A DNA stretch of 64,000 nt, from the sequence record PV730302.1. One strand, written 5' to 3'. This document shows positions 31,911 to 43,053 of this stretch, in pieces. Origin of the DNA: a phage. Positions within the stretch are counted from its first letter, which is position 1. Each line of letters starts with the position of its first letter. The notes under the pieces were generated by a model that was not told the DNA's origin, ran no database searches, and saw nothing but the letters and a program-made list of their open reading frames with translations. A program made the translations under genes and the position numbers.

Positions 31911-34900
31911 ATGGCTACTTTAAAATCGATACAATTTAAAAGAAGTAAAACACCAGGAGCCAAGCCTACTGCAGCTCAGTTAGATGAAGGCGAACTGGCT
32001 ATTAACTTGCGTGACCGCACTATTTTTACTAAGTCAGACCAGGGACAGATTATCGATTTGGGCTTTGCAAAAGGCGGACAAGTTGATGGCGATGTTAATA
32101 TTAACGGGACCCTGAATTTAAATGGTCCTGAAATTGTTGCCTCCGGTGGTTATATAGAATTTAACTATCGTACGACAGGTAGTGGCTCTTGGGCAGGTCA
32201 GCACAATGCCAAAGCTCCTATTTTTGCTGATTTAAGTGCGGCTGCATCTACTTCAGAATACAACCCACTGATTAAACAACGCTTTAAAGATGGAACATTT
32301 TCAGCAGGTACACTAGTAAGCGAAGGCAGTTTTAAATTCCATTATATTAATGAAGCCGGTGATTCGAAATATTGGACCTTTAATCGTAATGGTAATTTTC
32401 AAGTTGATACTGGTGGCTTGACAGTTACAGGCGGTAGTATTTCCACTTCAGGAAACGTAGCTGCTTCCGGCTTTTTATCAGCACCACAGGTTAATAGTAA
32501 AAATATTATTCTTGATTCGAAAAATTTCGGACAGTATGACATCCAATCTTTAGTTAACTATGCTTACCCTGGAACAGGCGAAGAAAATGGTATAAACTAT
32601 CTTCGTAAAGTTCGAGCTAAATTGGGTGGAACTATTTACCACGAAATTGCTTCTGCACAAACCGGTAAGAATGATGAAATTTCTTGGTGGACTGGGAATA
32701 CTATTAATACTAAGTTGATGGGGCTTCGCAATGATGGGGCTATGGTATTACGTCGTTCACTTGCTATTGGCACAATTACTACCGATGAAAATACTAACAA
32801 CTACGGTTCTCCTACTCCAATGGGGGAAAGATATATTGCTCTAGGCGACCCTGCCACCGGTTTAAAATATATTAAGCAAGGTGTTTACGATTTAGTAGGT
32901 AATTGGAATTCCGTTGCTTCTATTACTCCTGATAGCTTCCGTAGTACTCGTAAAGGTTTATTTGGTCGTTCAGAAGACCAAGGCGGAACATGGATTATGC
33001 CTGGAACCAATGCGGCCTTTTTATCAGCTCAAACTCAGGCTGACGGGAACCACGCTGGCGATGGTCAGACGCATATTGGTTATAACTCCGGTGGAAAAAT
33101 GTCGCACTATTTCCGCGGTAGAGGTCAAACCAATATTAACACCCAAGAAGGCATGGAACTTAACCCGGGTATTCTTAAACTGGTAACCGGTGCAAATAAT
33201 GTGCAGTTTTATGCTGATGGGACTATTTCTTCTATTCAACCTATTAAATTGGATAATGAGATATTTTTAAATAAATCCAATAATACTGCAGGTCTTAAAT
33301 TTGGCGCCCCTAGCGGAGTTAATGAAACAAGAGCTATCCAGTGGAACGGTGGTACTCGTGAAGGACAGAATAAAAACTATGTGATTGTTAAAGCATGGGG
33401 TAACTCATTTAATGCCGCCGGTGATAAATCTCGCGAAACGGTTTTCCAAGTATCAGATAGTCAAGGATATTATTTTTATGCCCATCGTAAAGCTCCAACC
33501 GGCGACGAAACTATTGGACGTATTGAAGCTCAGTTTGCTGGAGCTCTTAATGCTAAAAGTATTAATGCCATCGAAAATTTTAAAGTTAATGGATTAAGCA
33601 CTTTAGTCGGCGGAGTTACAATGAGCAATGGGCTTAATTTAACTGGTGGCGCCACTTTTAACGGTCAAGTTAAAATGGGTGGTACCGCTGACACATTAAG
33701 AATTTGGAATGCCGAATATGGTATGATTTTCCGACGTTCGGAATCCGGTTCTTCTGCTTCATTCCATCTTATTCCTACCCTCCAGAATGCCGGCGAAAAC
33801 GGTGGAATAAGTGACCTTCGCCCGCTTTCCATTAATTTGGCCAATGGCACGGTTATAATGGGTAATAAAAGTGCTGGGTATGGTCCACTTTTTACAGTAG
33901 ACAACGTAAGTAAATTTGTCCAGACCGACTGTAGACTGCGTGTTAATATGGATTCCGACGCCATTGTGGTAAATGCTTCTTCTCAGGCGTCATCTAACTT
34001 TATCCAAGGACGTAAAGCCGATGTTACAAAATGGTATCTCGGTATTGGCGACGGTGGTAACGTTGTTCGTTTACATAACTATACTTATTCGCATGGTATT
34101 GCATTAAACTCTGATACTGTTGATATAACCAAGGCACTTAAAATTGGTTCCGATGTTCGTATTGGTCCTGACGGTAATATTACAGGCAGCACTGCATTAG
34201 ATAACTTTAAAAACCTGAACACAACGTTAGACCGTAAAGTTAACACAGGCGGCTGGTCTGGCGGCGCTACTACAGGTTGGTATAAATTTGCTACTGTAGA
34301 AATTCCACAATCGACAGGTACAGCATCCTTTAAAATATCAGGCGGGTCTGGATTTAGTTTTAAAAGTTATGGTCAGGCTTCAATAGCCGAAATAGTCCTT
34401 AGAACCGGCAATAATAACCCTAAAGGCCTTAATGCTACGCTGTGGAATAGAACTTCTGAAGCTATTTCTCAGATTGCTTCTGTTAATACAAGCGAAGATA
34501 TCTATGATATTTACGTTTACTTAGGTGGGTATTCTAATTCTTTGGTAGTAGAATATACATGCAGTAGCAATAGTAAAGTAACCGTAGTGGGTATTAATAG
34601 CGGTGTCCAGCCTTTGGTAGAAACATTACCTGAAGGTCATGTTGTAGGTAAATCTGTAAGAATGCTGAACAATATTGACGGAATGTTCGCTGCCGGCGAA
34701 TCGGATATTGTTACACGTGGTGAATACGTTACCAATAACCAAAAAGGTATGCGTATCAAATCCAGCGGTAATGATATAGGTTCTAATGCCGCTTTGATTA
34801 GAAACGACGGTGGAAGTTTTTATATTTTAGTTACAGATAAAAACACGGCAGAAAACCCGAATGCAACTGACGGGTTGTGGAATGGCTTAAGACCTTTCAC

Positions 34901-35840
34901 TATCAACATGGCTGACGGTCGTGTTGGTATGAACCATGGGTTAAATATTACTGGTGGTGGTCTGAACGTGGCGGGTGGCCTTAATGTCACCAGTGGTAAT
35001 ACTAGTTTAGGCAATATCTCGTCTCGTGTGGTTTCATACGCTAGCGCCGGCGCTGTTTGGACTGATGCCGCGGATGCAATGAAATCTAAAATCACCTTTA
35101 TGGCAGACCATGGCGATTTATCTAATTCAGGTGGTTATTATCCTATTGTCGGTGCATGGAGTAACTATGGTTCAGCGGGTTATCGTCAAACCTTTGAATT
35201 TGGATGGGTCGGCACTGGTACCACAGTTGGTTGGCGCGATGGCATTATTCGTATTCGCGGAGATAACGCTAGTGGCCAACAAGCAAGATGGCGCTTTACA
35301 ATGGACGGCCTTTTAGATTGCCCTGGTAAAGTACAGATGCCACAAACAAGTGCCTTTGGTGTTAATACAACTAACTCACTCGGTGGAAGTAGTATAACAT
35401 TTGGCGATAGTGATACCGGTATTAAGCAAAACGGTGATGGATTATTAGACATATATGCGAACAATATACAAGTATTCCGTTTCCAAAATGGTGATTTGTA
35501 CTCGTATAAAAATATAAATGCTCCTAACGTTTATATTCGTTCTGATATTCGTTTGAAATCAAACTTCAGGCCTATTGAAAATGCTCTTGAAAAGGTTGAA
35601 CAGCTCGATGGTTTAATCTATGATAAAGCAGAGTATATTGGTGGTGAAGCGGTTCAAACTGAAGCAGGTGTTATTGCTCAGAAACTTAAAGAAGTATTAC
35701 CTGAAGCTGTGCATGAATCTAAAGATTCACAGGAAAATACAGTTCTGGGTGTTTCGACACAGGCACAAGTTGCTCTGTTAATTGAAGCGGTTAAAACCCT
35801 GTCGGCTAAAGTTAGAGAACTTGAAGCTAAATTAAATTAA
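31911..35840 (+). CDS. 37: Long tail fibre distal subunit gp37 with C-terminal intramolecular chaperone (peptidase S74-like) domain
   Basis: 1309-aa ORF; N-terminus [20 protein letters not shown]...; C-terminal about 110 aa (SDIRLKSNF...[36 protein letters not shown]...ELEAKLN) resembles autocleaving tail-fibre chaperone domains. Confidence 0.85.
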   Translation: MATLKSIQFKRSKTPGAKPTAAQLDEGELAINLRDRTIFTKSDQGQIIDLGFAKGGQVDGDVNINGTLNLNGPEIVASGGYIEFNYRTTGSGSWAGQHNAKAPIFADLSAAASTSEYNPLIKQRFKDGTFSAGTLVSEGSFKFHYINEAGDSKYWTFNRNGNFQVDTGGLTVTGGSISTSGNVAASGFLSAPQVNSKNIILDSKNFGQYDIQSLVNYAYPGTGEENGINYLRKVRAKLGGTIYHEIASAQTGKNDEISWWTGNTINTKLMGLRNDGAMVLRRSLAIGTITTDENTNNYGSPTPMGERYIALGDPATGLKYIKQGVYDLVGNWNSVASITPDSFRSTRKGLFGRSEDQGGTWIMPGTNAAFLSAQTQADGNHAGDGQTHIGYNSGGKMSHYFRGRGQTNINTQEGMELNPGILKLVTGANNVQFYADGTISSIQPIKLDNEIFLNKSNNTAGLKFGAPSGVNETRAIQWNGGTREGQNKNYVIVKAWGNSFNAAGDKSRETVFQVSDSQGYYFYAHRKAPTGDETIGRIEAQFAGALNAKSINAIENFKVNGLSTLVGGVTMSNGLNLTGGATFNGQVKMGGTADTLRIWNAEYGMIFRRSESGSSASFHLIPTLQNAGENGGISDLRPLSINLANGTVIMGNKSAGYGPLFTVDNVSKFVQTDCRLRVNMDSDAIVVNASSQASSNFIQGRKADVTKWYLGIGDGGNVVRLHNYTYSHGIALNSDTVDITKALKIGSDVRIGPDGNITGSTALDNFKNLNTTLDRKVNTGGWSGGATTGWYKFATVEIPQSTGTASFKISGGSGFSFKSYGQASIAEIVLRTGNNNPKGLNATLWNRTSEAISQIASVNTSEDIYDIYVYLGGYSNSLVVEYTCSSNSKVTVVGINSGVQPLVETLPEGHVVGKSVRMLNNIDGMFAAGESDIVTRGEYVTNNQKGMRIKSSGNDIGSNAALIRNDGGSFYILVTDKNTAENPNATDGLWNGLRPFTINMADGRVGMNHGLNITGGGLNVAGGLNVTSGNTSLGNISSRVVSYASAGAVWTDAADAMKSKITFMADHGDLSNSGGYYPIVGAWSNYGSAGYRQTFEFGWVGTGTTVGWRDGIIRIRGDNASGQQARWRFTMDGLLDCPGKVQMPQTSAFGVNTTNSLGGSSITFGDSDTGIKQNGDGLLDIYANNIQVFRFQNGDLYSYKNINAPNVYIRSDIRLKSNFRPIENALEKVEQLDGLIYDKAEYIGGEAVQTEAGVIAQKLKEVLPEAVHESKDSQENTVLGVSTQAQVALLIEAVKTLSAKVRELEAKLN

Positions 35841-35845
35841 GAAAA

Positions 35846-35859
35846 GGGCCTTCGGGCCC
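35846..35859 (+). other. CUUCGG-tetraloop hairpin between genes 37 and 38
   Basis: gggcc-ttcg-ggccc in plus (mRNA) sense; no T-run. Confidence 0.45.
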
Positions 35860-35871
35860 TAAGGATTTATT

Positions 35872-36660
35872 ATGGCAATCGTAGGATTACCTGGTTGGGT
35901 CGGCCAATCTGCAGTTGATGAAACTGGCCAGCGATGGATGGATGCAGCGATGCGAGATGTTCGTGTAGCTGTTCCAGGTTGGATGGGTTCGATGGCTAAC
36001 CAATCAAAAGAAATTTACTTATCTATAGGGGCCAATCATAACTATGATAGGAATACCCTTATAAACTGGATGAGAGCACAAGGTGGAGCGCCTGTGGTTA
36101 TTACAATCACTGGTGACTTAGTATCTAACAGCAGAGGAAACCCGTGTCTGGAATTCCCTAGCAACTTACCTAATGCATATATTCAACTTACTATTAATAG
36201 TGGTGTAACTGTTTATGGGCGAGGAGGTAATGGTTCTACTAATGGTTCTGCAGGCCAAGCAGGTGGTACAGCAATCCATAACGCTGCTGGAACCAAATTG
36301 CGTATTCGAAACAATGGTGCTATCGCTGGCGGTGGCGGCGGTGGCGGTGCTGTATCGTTACAGAACAGCTATCCGACTAACGGTACCTGTGGCGGCGGTG
36401 GTGGTAGACCATTCGGCGTCGGTGGGAAAATAGGGTCTGATGCCATATTGTCCGGTGCAAACGCATCTCTAACTGCCGCTGGCTCAGGTGGTACCACGGT
36501 CCAATACGGCGCAGGTAACGGCGGTAATGTTGGTGCTGGCGGTGGACGAGGATGGGGCAAAAACGTTTATACCTCTGCAGGCGGTTCAGCTGGTGCAGCC
36601 GTTACAGGCAATGCTCCTTCTTGGCAGAACGTAGGAACCATCTACGGAAGCCGTGTGTAA
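35872..36660 (+). CDS. 38: T2-type tail fibre adhesin gp38 with glycine-rich motifs
   Basis: 262 aa; N-terminus MAIVGLPGWVG..AVDETGQRWM; C-terminal half with poly-Gly runs (GGGGGGAVSLQ, GGGGGRPFGVGG, GAGGGRGWG) flanking variable segments. Confidence 0.8.
   Translation: MAIVGLPGWVGQSAVDETGQRWMDAAMRDVRVAVPGWMGSMANQSKEIYLSIGANHNYDRNTLINWMRAQGGAPVVITITGDLVSNSRGNPCLEFPSNLPNAYIQLTINSGVTVYGRGGNGSTNGSAGQAGGTAIHNAAGTKLRIRNNGAIAGGGGGGGAVSLQNSYPTNGTCGGGGGRPFGVGGKIGSDAILSGANASLTAAGSGGTTVQYGAGNGGNVGAGGGRGWGKNVYTSAGGSAGAAVTGNAPSWQNVGTIYGSRV
36300..36560 (+). repeat. Glycine-rich motif / hypervariable segment region of gp38
   Basis: GGN codon runs seen directly; antisense gives a spurious Pro-rich ORF. 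Confidence 0.6.
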
Positions 36661-36671
36661 TACTTCTGTAT

Positions 36672-36679
36672 TATAAATA
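36672..36679 (+). promoter_or_regulatory. Late promoter TATAAATA for holin t
   Basis: Exact TATAAATA 19 nt upstream of the t ATG, with AAAGGAG SD. Confidence 0.7.
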
Positions 36680-36697
36680 TCTTTAAAGGAGAAAAGT

Positions 36698-37351
36698 ATG
36701 GAACCAAAAGTAGGATTTTCATTATCAGACCTACTTTTTGGACTTCTTGATAGAATTTTTAAAGATACTTCTTCCGGGAAAGTAGTTTTTTCCCGGGTCC
36801 TAGTCGTGATATTATTGTTCTTTATGGCACTGGTTTGGTATAAAGGCGAGTATATTCTAAACTTTTACAAAGAGACAACTTATGCCTCTTATACTGAAAT
36901 GATTAGACAAGACCAGGACAATAGATTTAAAATTGCGGCTATCGAGCAGCTCCGAATAGTGCATTCTTCTTCAGGCGCGGACTTCACAGCAATATATTCT
37001 TTTAGGCCGACAAACATGAATTATTTTGTGGATATGGTGGCCTACGAGGGTAAATTACCGGAAACGGTAGACGCAAAAAATACGGGAGGGTTTCCAATTG
37101 ACAAAACGTCAGTAGAATATATGGCTGGAGTTAACGGGAACTATTTTGAATCAAGTACTGAATCAGTGTTTCTCCCTACAAAGAAGAAAACACAATTCAC
37201 GTATATGTTTTCATGCCCGTTTTTTAATTTGGATAACGTCTACGCCGGCTCGATATCGTTGTACTGGTATGATATCAAACCGGATTTAGGATTTCCTAGA
37301 CTTTCGTCTATGTGTGGTCAAGCCGGGAGGACATTAGGTCGAACACGTTAG
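36698..37351 (+). CDS. t: Holin t
   Basis: 217 aa; single N-terminal TM segment (VLVVILLFFMALVWY) and large periplasmic domain; sequence resembles remembered T4 T holin. Confidence 0.9.
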   Translation: MEPKVGFSLSDLLFGLLDRIFKDTSSGKVVFSRVLVVILLFFMALVWYKGEYILNFYKETTYASYTEMIRQDQDNRFKIAAIEQLRIVHSSSGADFTAIYSFRPTNMNYFVDMVAYEGKLPETVDAKNTGGFPIDKTSVEYMAGVNGNYFESSTESVFLPTKKKTQFTYMFSCPFFNLDNVYAGSISLYWYDIKPDLGFPRLSSMCGQAGRTLGRTR

Positions 37352-37623
37352 AAATTGGAGGTATACATCATTAAATAACGGTGTATATCTTCATACCCTT
37401 CATTAAATTGCTCAATAAGAGTTTCACGCTCATCTTCAGTTAAAGACTTAAATAATTTGTTATAAGACAAACCATTAAGTTCCTTTCCATGTTCATTACG
37501 AATACCTAACTCATTCAAAAAGGCAATAAACTCATCACGACGTTGCATGATGTCTTCACAATCCGTTTTAATCAAAATGGAAACAATAGTGGCAATTTCG
37601 GAAACGATTTCAATTTTAGTCAT
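37348..37623 (-). CDS. asiA: Anti-sigma70 factor AsiA
   Basis: 91 aa; ...IATIVSILIK...FIAFLNE.G.......LN...........L...E...LI..FNEG.E...RYL.MYT matches remembered T4 AsiA; convergent with t. Confidence 0.85.
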   Translation of the reverse strand: MTKIEIVSEIATIVSILIKTDCEDIMQRRDEFIAFLNELGIRNEHGKELNGLSYNKLFKSLTEDERETLIEQFNEGYEDIHRYLMMYTSNF

Positions 37624-37926
37624 AATATTCTCTTCAATTCAGTACGACATTATCTGATAGGGCTATACTAACATATCCTTAGGGATTGTAAACATGTTCT
37701 TCGTTCTTTTTAACATATTCCTGATACATCTCTTCTATTGGTTCCTGGAACTTAAAATCAGCTCCCAGGAATTCCTCAAAGCACTCCTGCTCACGTGTAC
37801 GCATGCCTGTTACTGTATTCTCTAAGTTATGACTCATAGCCTTTACCCTTATGTTTCTGTTTACGTTTAGACTCTTTAAGATTTTTCTTCTTGTCCTTAT
37901 GGACGGAAGCCTTATTGAAATCGTGC

Positions 37927-38208
37927 TTAGCTACCAGATTGTTCACGTAATTTCCTTAATTGATATTCAAGAGAGCTGATAATTTCTTTATTAGTTGCAA
38001 TATACATATCACGTAGGAATGGCTTCAACCCTTCCATATTCCCATGGATTGTCTTAGAACTAATATTCTTTATATATTCATGGTCTAAAGCATCCCAAGC
38101 CGGTTGGTTGACATAAGTTCCCCAGTTGTCTTCCAGCATGACATTCAGTCGTTTAACATGATTAATATGGGTTTCGATTGCATCGATTTGAAGTTGTTTA
38201 AGATTCAT
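37927..38208 (-). CDS. Hypothetical protein (93 aa)
   Basis: ORF track. Confidence 0.4.
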   Translation of the reverse strand: MNLKQLQIDAIETHINHVKRLNVMLEDNWGTYVNQPAWDALDHEYIKNISSKTIHGNMEGLKPFLRDMYIATNKEIISSLEYQLRKLREQSGS

Positions 38209-38705
38209 TAGTAAAGGTCCTCAGAGTAAAGTTCTTTTTCACTACCACCACGTTCAATACGAACCTGATTAGCATATGTTGCAATTATCATTGCTTCTTC
38301 ACGAGTCCAATAATTACCATATTGGTCGACAAAGCCTTGGTCATCATCACAGACAAATCGTGTTACCAATTTATCTTCAACTGCCTTGATAACCGCACCC
38401 ATATCTTTAGAGTAATGACGTGTCGCAGGAATAACCAGAGTTCCACCATCTTTTAACTTAAAACGGTTTGCAGCACACACAATTCGACGCTGGAATTTTT
38501 GGTCTTCACACCAATGGGCCACTTGCCAACAGATTTCAGGAACCTCTTCTAAAACATCCTCTTCTGTATATTCGGTGTAATCACCATAGGCCTGTAATTT
38601 AGCTGCTAGACTTTCAGGCGTCTCACGAGAAAGAGCTTTATCTAATAAAGCCAAACGGTGTTTAAAGGATAATTCTTTACCTTTTAATGGATTCATTTGA
38701 ACCAT
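38208..38705 (-). CDS. Hypothetical protein (165 aa)
   Basis: ORF track. Confidence 0.4.
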   Translation of the reverse strand: MVQMNPLKGKELSFKHRLALLDKALSRETPESLAAKLQAYGDYTEYTEEDVLEEVPEICWQVAHWCEDQKFQRRIVCAANRFKLKDGGTLVIPATRHYSKDMGAVIKAVEDKLVTRFVCDDDQGFVDQYGNYWTREEAMIIATYANQVRIERGGSEKELYSEDLY

Positions 38706-39022
38706 CCTTTAACACGTTGCCAGAGGCTTTTCTGTTGAGCTTTATTAACACCAATTGAGCGAATAACAGGTTGTGATTCCTGGTATTCTTTATAGTCCGC
38801 TTTATAAACTTCATAAGCCGCCGGAACAAAGGTGCTGATTGCTGCCATAAAGTTTTTGCGAATACCCATAGAAGCTTCAGAACCACCACGGATGATTAAG
38901 TATTTACCTGCTTTAATCTTAACAATAGTGCCGAGGTAAGCACCGTGGTACCAAATATCCCAACCTTCTTGAGTAGGTTCTGCACAACGACGAAGTTCAT
39001 TAACAATATTCAGCTTGTTCAT
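38693..39022 (-). CDS. Hypothetical protein (109 aa)
   Basis: ORF track. Confidence 0.4.
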   Translation of the reverse strand: MNKLNIVNELRRCAEPTQEGWDIWYHGAYLGTIVKIKAGKYLIIRGGSEASMGIRKNFMAAISTFVPAAYEVYKADYKEYQESQPVIRSIGVNKAQQKSLWQRVKGWFK

Positions 39023-39036
39023 AATAATTTCCTCAG

Positions 39037-39672
39037 TCAGATAATTGCGTTGGTTACGGTTTTGATAACTTCAGATGATACGTTTTGGAAGTCGATATAA
39101 GTATTCTTACCACCAGTCTTAATCTTAACATCAAGATTCAAGGAAGTAAACACTTGTTTTTCTTTATCAGTCATATTATAACCGAAGATGCGCATCATGC
39201 CATCACGACGGACTTCAATTTGACGGATACCGTTGGTACGTTTAGCGAATCGAACTTCAAGGTTGCTACGGTTTTCAGCAATTTCACGAATCTCGATACG
39301 GTCTTCTAATAAAGCTTTAACTTCATCAGCCAGTGTTACCATTTCAGGAGTAACACCACGTGAACTACGCGTTTTACGTTTTTCCAACATCTCTGGAGCA
39401 TTTTCAGAAGCGAACAGGTCGGCAGCTTTTTGAACGAGGTCCATTGCTTCACCTGTAGCCACTAAACCGTCACCAGATTTTTCGATGAATCCTTTCTTAA
39501 TCAATACACCGATGTTAGAGTTAACCACTGCTGCACTAAATTGCTCACTCAGGGCTTCACGGACTTCGCCTGAAGTGATGAAGTTATGCTTGATGATATG
39601 TACTAAGATCGAAGCAGTTTTTTCATTCAGGGTGTCTTCAGAAGCTTTGATGATATAAGTAATTTTAGACAT
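39037..39672 (-). CDS. motA: Middle-transcription activator MotA
   Basis: 211 aa; MSKITYIIKAS.D.LNEKTA.IL..I.K..FIT..EVRE........VVNSNIGVLIKKG..EKSGDGL..TGEA matches remembered T4 MotA. Confidence 0.85.
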   Translation of the reverse strand: MSKITYIIKASEDTLNEKTASILVHIIKHNFITSGEVREALSEQFSAAVVNSNIGVLIKKGFIEKSGDGLVATGEAMDLVQKAADLFASENAPEMLEKRKTRSSRGVTPEMVTLADEVKALLEDRIEIREIAENRSNLEVRFAKRTNGIRQIEVRRDGMMRIFGYNMTDKEKQVFTSLNLDVKIKTGGKNTYIDFQNVSSEVIKTVTNAII

Positions 39673-39704
39673 TTTAATCTCCGATAACCATTTATTTGAT
39701 AGGT

Positions 39705-39736
39705 CTATAGTATCATGTTTAAAGCGAAAGTAAACT
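39705..39736 (-). promoter_or_regulatory. Early promoter cassette upstream of motA
   Basis: Minus sense GTTTACtttcGCTTTAaacatgaTACTATagacc. Confidence 0.5.
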
Positions 39737-39776
39737 TTATTTTGAGCTCTTTTTCAAGAGCTCCGGTAAAAATTAC

Positions 39777-40010
39777 TTAGATTGAAAGTTCTTTAATCTC
39801 TGTGATTAAAGCAGCTTTCCCTTCACGAAGTTTTTCCAGTTCACGACCATTAGAGCCGCGAACTACTAAGGAATTTATCTCCACTTCTAACCAATTCAGT
39901 TTTTCAACTAGTTCTTTACGTTTAGCATTCATGCCAGGTTTAACTTTACCGAAACGGATGGTAGCGTTTTGGGTATTTTTCATCTTATTCATTTTGTATC
40001 TCCATTTCAC
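39777..40010 (-). CDS. Hypothetical basic protein (77 aa)
   Basis: ORF track; promoter cassette at 40016..40058. Confidence 0.4.
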   Translation of the reverse strand: MKWRYKMNKMKNTQNATIRFGKVKPGMNAKRKELVEKLNWLEVEINSLVVRGSNGRELEKLREGKAALITEIKELSI

Positions 40011-40076
40011 TCTGTTGTTTTGATAGGTCTATAATAACACGTTTAAAGCAGATGTATACCTTTATTTTCACTAAAC

Positions 40077-40100
40077 CCAAAAAAGGAGCCCGAAGGCTCC
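40077..40100 (-). terminator. Rho-independent terminator (ggagcc-cgaa-ggctcc, then T-run)
   Basis: Stem 40085..40100 followed in minus sense by TTTTTGGG. Confidence 0.6.
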
Positions 40101-40205
40101 TTACTTTTTAAAGTGGGCTGCTATTAAACCTATAGCTAAGCCTGTCGCCAGGCCTAGGATAACAGCAAAGATACAGAGTAACAAGAACTCGACTCCAAGG
40201 CTCAT
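40101..40205 (-). CDS. Small hydrophobic peptide (34 aa; MSLGVEFLLLCIFAVILGLATGLAIGLIAAHFKK), translationally coupled to gene 52
   Basis: Hand-translated; ATGA start/stop overlap with gp52 stop; single predicted TM helix; followed by a terminator. Confidence 0.4.
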   Translation of the reverse strand: MSLGVEFLLLCIFAVILGLATGLAIGLIAAHFKK

Positions 40206-41530
40206 AGAGCCTCCAAATCTTTAATATACTCAGTTACAACATCAGTGGTTTTCCAATATTGATGCTCTTCTTTCTTAGCCTTGGCTTCGAGGGCCAGTTT
40301 CTTAGCTTCATCAGAAGTGATATGGAAAATGTTCATGGCCACTAGTTTATCGGCATATTCGCCATAGACTTTATTACCAGCCAATTCTTCGGTTAAAACC
40401 TTACGAGTCTTACCTTGGATAACCACAGTTCCATCAATAACATCTTTGATGAATGTGGCTTTAGCCAATGCCAGTTTGAAAGCTTCTTCGGTTTCGATGA
40501 TTTTACCATCAATACGTTTCTGTACAAAGGTCTTACGGACCTCAACGAAATCACGAATCAGTTCAACTGCATCTTCGTAAACCTTAAGTTTACCTTTTTC
40601 ATTAATGACGGTCAGGTTTTGTGAACGACGTTCGATTAATCCGAAATCCTTCATGAGTTTTTCGTGTTTCTTATCTTCATCAGTAGGCAATTCGTATTCT
40701 TTACGAATCTTAACCTTGAAGCCGAAACCGTTCTCGTCACAGTCATCGTCATATGTGATATACCCTTTTTCTTCCAGAGGGTCTAATACCTTAGCCACAT
40801 ATGTTTCACGGTCATATTTGTACGGGATTTCCGTGATATGCATTTGGGTTCGGGATGTGAACTTATACGTTCCACGAATCTCATAACTACCTGGTTCAAT
40901 CTCAACAACATCACCGCGGAATTCAGGATAAGCCACTTTAGGTTTGGTTACTCGTTTTTCCTGAAGAACTTGCAATACAGCTTTCTTAACAGAATCAAAA
41001 CTATGAGGAAGAATATTAGTTGCATAACCAGTTGCAATACCGGAAACGCCATTAAGAAGAACAGTAGGAATAATAGGCAGATAAAAAGCCGGTGGCTTAT
41101 GTTCGACATCCGCATGAACCGGAGCATATTCTGTGTCCTTATAAACTTTGGCAAAGTTACTTCCAATACGTGCAAAGATATAACGAGAGGCTGCAGCCTT
41201 TTGAACCAGTCGAGAACCGAAGTTACCCTGACCATCTAACAGTGGATAGTTGTTATTCCACGTGTTAGCCATCAAAGCGCCAGCTTCCTGAGCAGAACCT
41301 TCACCGTGGTGATATCCAAGGTCGGCCACGCCACCTGCAATAGAAGCTAGTTTGTGGAATTTTTCTTTATTACCACGAGCCATATCAAGACAACGAGCAA
41401 CTACAAAACGTTGTACAGGTTTAAAGCCATCAATCATATTTGGAATGGCTCGGTTTTCGACAGTATACATTGCATAAGCCAATGCTTCGTTGTCGATAAT
41501 ACTTTTTAAACCACGAGATGTTAATTCCAT
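40202..41530 (-). CDS. 52: DNA topoisomerase II medium subunit gp52 (GyrA-like)
   Basis: 442 aa; GyrA-like features including active-site region (...ARIGSNFAKVYKD...) and position next to motA as in T4. Confidence 0.85.
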   Translation of the reverse strand: MELTSRGLKSIIDNEALAYAMYTVENRAIPNMIDGFKPVQRFVVARCLDMARGNKEKFHKLASIAGGVADLGYHHGEGSAQEAGALMANTWNNNYPLLDGQGNFGSRLVQKAAASRYIFARIGSNFAKVYKDTEYAPVHADVEHKPPAFYLPIIPTVLLNGVSGIATGYATNILPHSFDSVKKAVLQVLQEKRVTKPKVAYPEFRGDVVEIEPGSYEIRGTYKFTSRTQMHITEIPYKYDRETYVAKVLDPLEEKGYITYDDDCDENGFGFKVKIRKEYELPTDEDKKHEKLMKDFGLIERRSQNLTVINEKGKLKVYEDAVELIRDFVEVRKTFVQKRIDGKIIETEEAFKLALAKATFIKDVIDGTVVIQGKTRKVLTEELAGNKVYGEYADKLVAMNIFHITSDEAKKLALEAKAKKEEHQYWKTTDVVTEYIKDLEAL

Positions 41531-41534
41531 AATT

Positions 41535-41671
41535 TTACCATACTAGTGAATGAATAGCCATAATGACATCGGAAATAAAAAGCACAACTTGGATAAGTCC
41601 GAACATTACTCCATAATACAGCGCTACTAATAAAGCAGCAAGGGCTACCGAGCAGCCCAAGATTTTATTAA
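41535..41671 (-). CDS. Small two-TM membrane peptide (about 45 aa)
   Basis: ORF track 41535..41723; likely start MINKILGC... overlapping the stop of a second hydrophobic micro-ORF (about 41680..41829, MIIVVFIELIMAIVCSVCFFLGVW...). Confidence 0.35.
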
Positions 41672-41916
41672 TCATTTTTAATAGTCTTAAGTAAACCGAC
41701 AAAAGTAGAAAGAACCCAGCCAATAAGCAGAAAACTTAAGAATATTGGACCAGGGGTCCACACACCTAAAAAGAAGCAAACTGAACAGACTATAGCCATA
41801 ATAAGTTCAATAAAAACTACGATAATCATATTTTCCTCATTAGCGTCCGAAGACGCCTTTAGTTTTAAGATTGTTACGATAGAACTGCATCACATGTTCG
41901 TTATGGAAATTGCTCA

Positions 41917-42366
41917 TTAGTAATCCTGCAGAATGAATTTAAAGTTATCAGCCAACATACGGTTCATTTCTTCCAGTGTCTGGAGGTCGGAACTATGATT
42001 GCGAGTGAAAGCCATTGCAATTTGACCCTTACCAAAGCCTGTAGTCAGAGGTTTCATCTTAGAAGCCGGTACATAAAGAACTTCATACACAACACCGTTC
42101 ACTGCCATGGTGCGAGCTGATTGAGAACGTTTCTTACGAATGTTAGCCACGATACCATCAAGACCTTGAGCCGAACGTTGATTACCGACATAAAAACGAG
42201 CCGCTACGACACGGGAATCAGCTCCGCCTTTAACAAAGAAGTAGAAGCCTGGCTGAGCAGAGATTTCTTTAGAAGGTTTACCATTTTGGTATTCACCATT
42301 CTTAACATAAGCAACAGTAGTAGCACCAGCAGACAGAACGTTACGGCGAGTCATATAAGTATTCAT
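41917..42366 (-). CDS. ndd: Probable Ndd (nucleoid disruption protein)
   Basis: 149 aa; size and position (between 52 and rIIB) match T4 ndd; sequence recognition weak. Confidence 0.45.
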
Positions 42367-42443
42367 ATCAATTTCCTCAGTAGATTAATGTTTTGTTATC
42401 CAGTCAACGAGAACCATTATAACATGATTCTCGAGGTTGTAAA

Positions 42444-42812
42444 CTATTTTTGTAGCTGTTCTAAAATAAATCCGCTCGTATAAAAGGAAGCGTTATAAAC
42501 CTTGTTCAGCGGGTTCAAAGCCTGTCCGTAAGTATCACATAGTTCTTTGATAACATTTTCATAGCTTACATAATAACCACTATGATAATACGGGTCCATA
42601 CTCATACGAAATTTAATGAACCGATAAAAACCTGTTTCTGGGTCTTGAACGAAAACGAAATCAGCACTCATCATAATTTTTGAATCTACGCCAGGAATCA
42701 TACTTTGATTGAATGCCACCGATGCATCTTGGAGGCTGAGTTGTTTAAAGAACATTACCTTAGCATTACCAAAAAAGATTTTAGACATGATAATTTCCTT
42801 ATTCAGCGTCAA
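42444..42812 (-). CDS. Hypothetical protein (122 aa)
   Basis: ORF track. Confidence 0.35.
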   Translation of the reverse strand: MTLNKEIIMSKIFFGNAKVMFFKQLSLQDASVAFNQSMIPGVDSKIMMSADFVFVQDPETGFYRFIKFRMSMDPYYHSGYYVSYENVIKELCDTYGQALNPLNKVYNASFYTSGFILEQLQK

Positions 42813-43053
42813 CAGAAATAGCCATCAGTTCATCAACAGTAAGACACTGTACACTGGGTCCTACACAAAAGCGCTTAGTTGAATCATAAAGGTCTGTGGC
42901 ATTAACAGGTTGCAATTCAGTACCAACTTGCAAAGGAGAAATACGAATTAATTGTTGTCCATTATGTAATACAAAGCTCTCACCAACTGCAACATCTTTA
43001 AAAAGTTTCATAATATTTTCCTCAGAAGTTAAAGAATACACGTACATGGTCAA
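42799..43053 (-). CDS. Hypothetical protein (84 aa)
   Basis: ORF track. Confidence 0.35.
   Translation of the reverse strand: MTMYVYSLTSEENIMKLFKDVAVGESFVLHNGQQLIRISPLQVGTELQPVNATDLYDSTKRFCVGPSVQCLTVDELMAISVDAE

Noticed and set aside
26286-35464. Multiple minus-strand ORFs (for example 26286..26648, 27689..27925, 33665..33964, 34820..35095, 35186..35464) inside genes 34 and 37
   Set aside because: Embedded antisense within long, well-supported late tail-fibre genes; no independent expression signals.
36369-36560. Pro-rich 63-aa minus-strand ORF (and plus-strand 36215..36433) within gp38
   Set aside because: Antisense or alternate-frame reading of the GGN glycine-codon repeats of gp38, which gives CCN proline runs; a compositional artefact.
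37927-38208. Possible Arn (anti-McrBC DNA mimic) at the T4 arn position next to asiA
   Set aside because: The 93-aa product is not markedly acidic (roughly equal acidic and basic residues), unlike a DNA-mimic protein; left as hypothetical.
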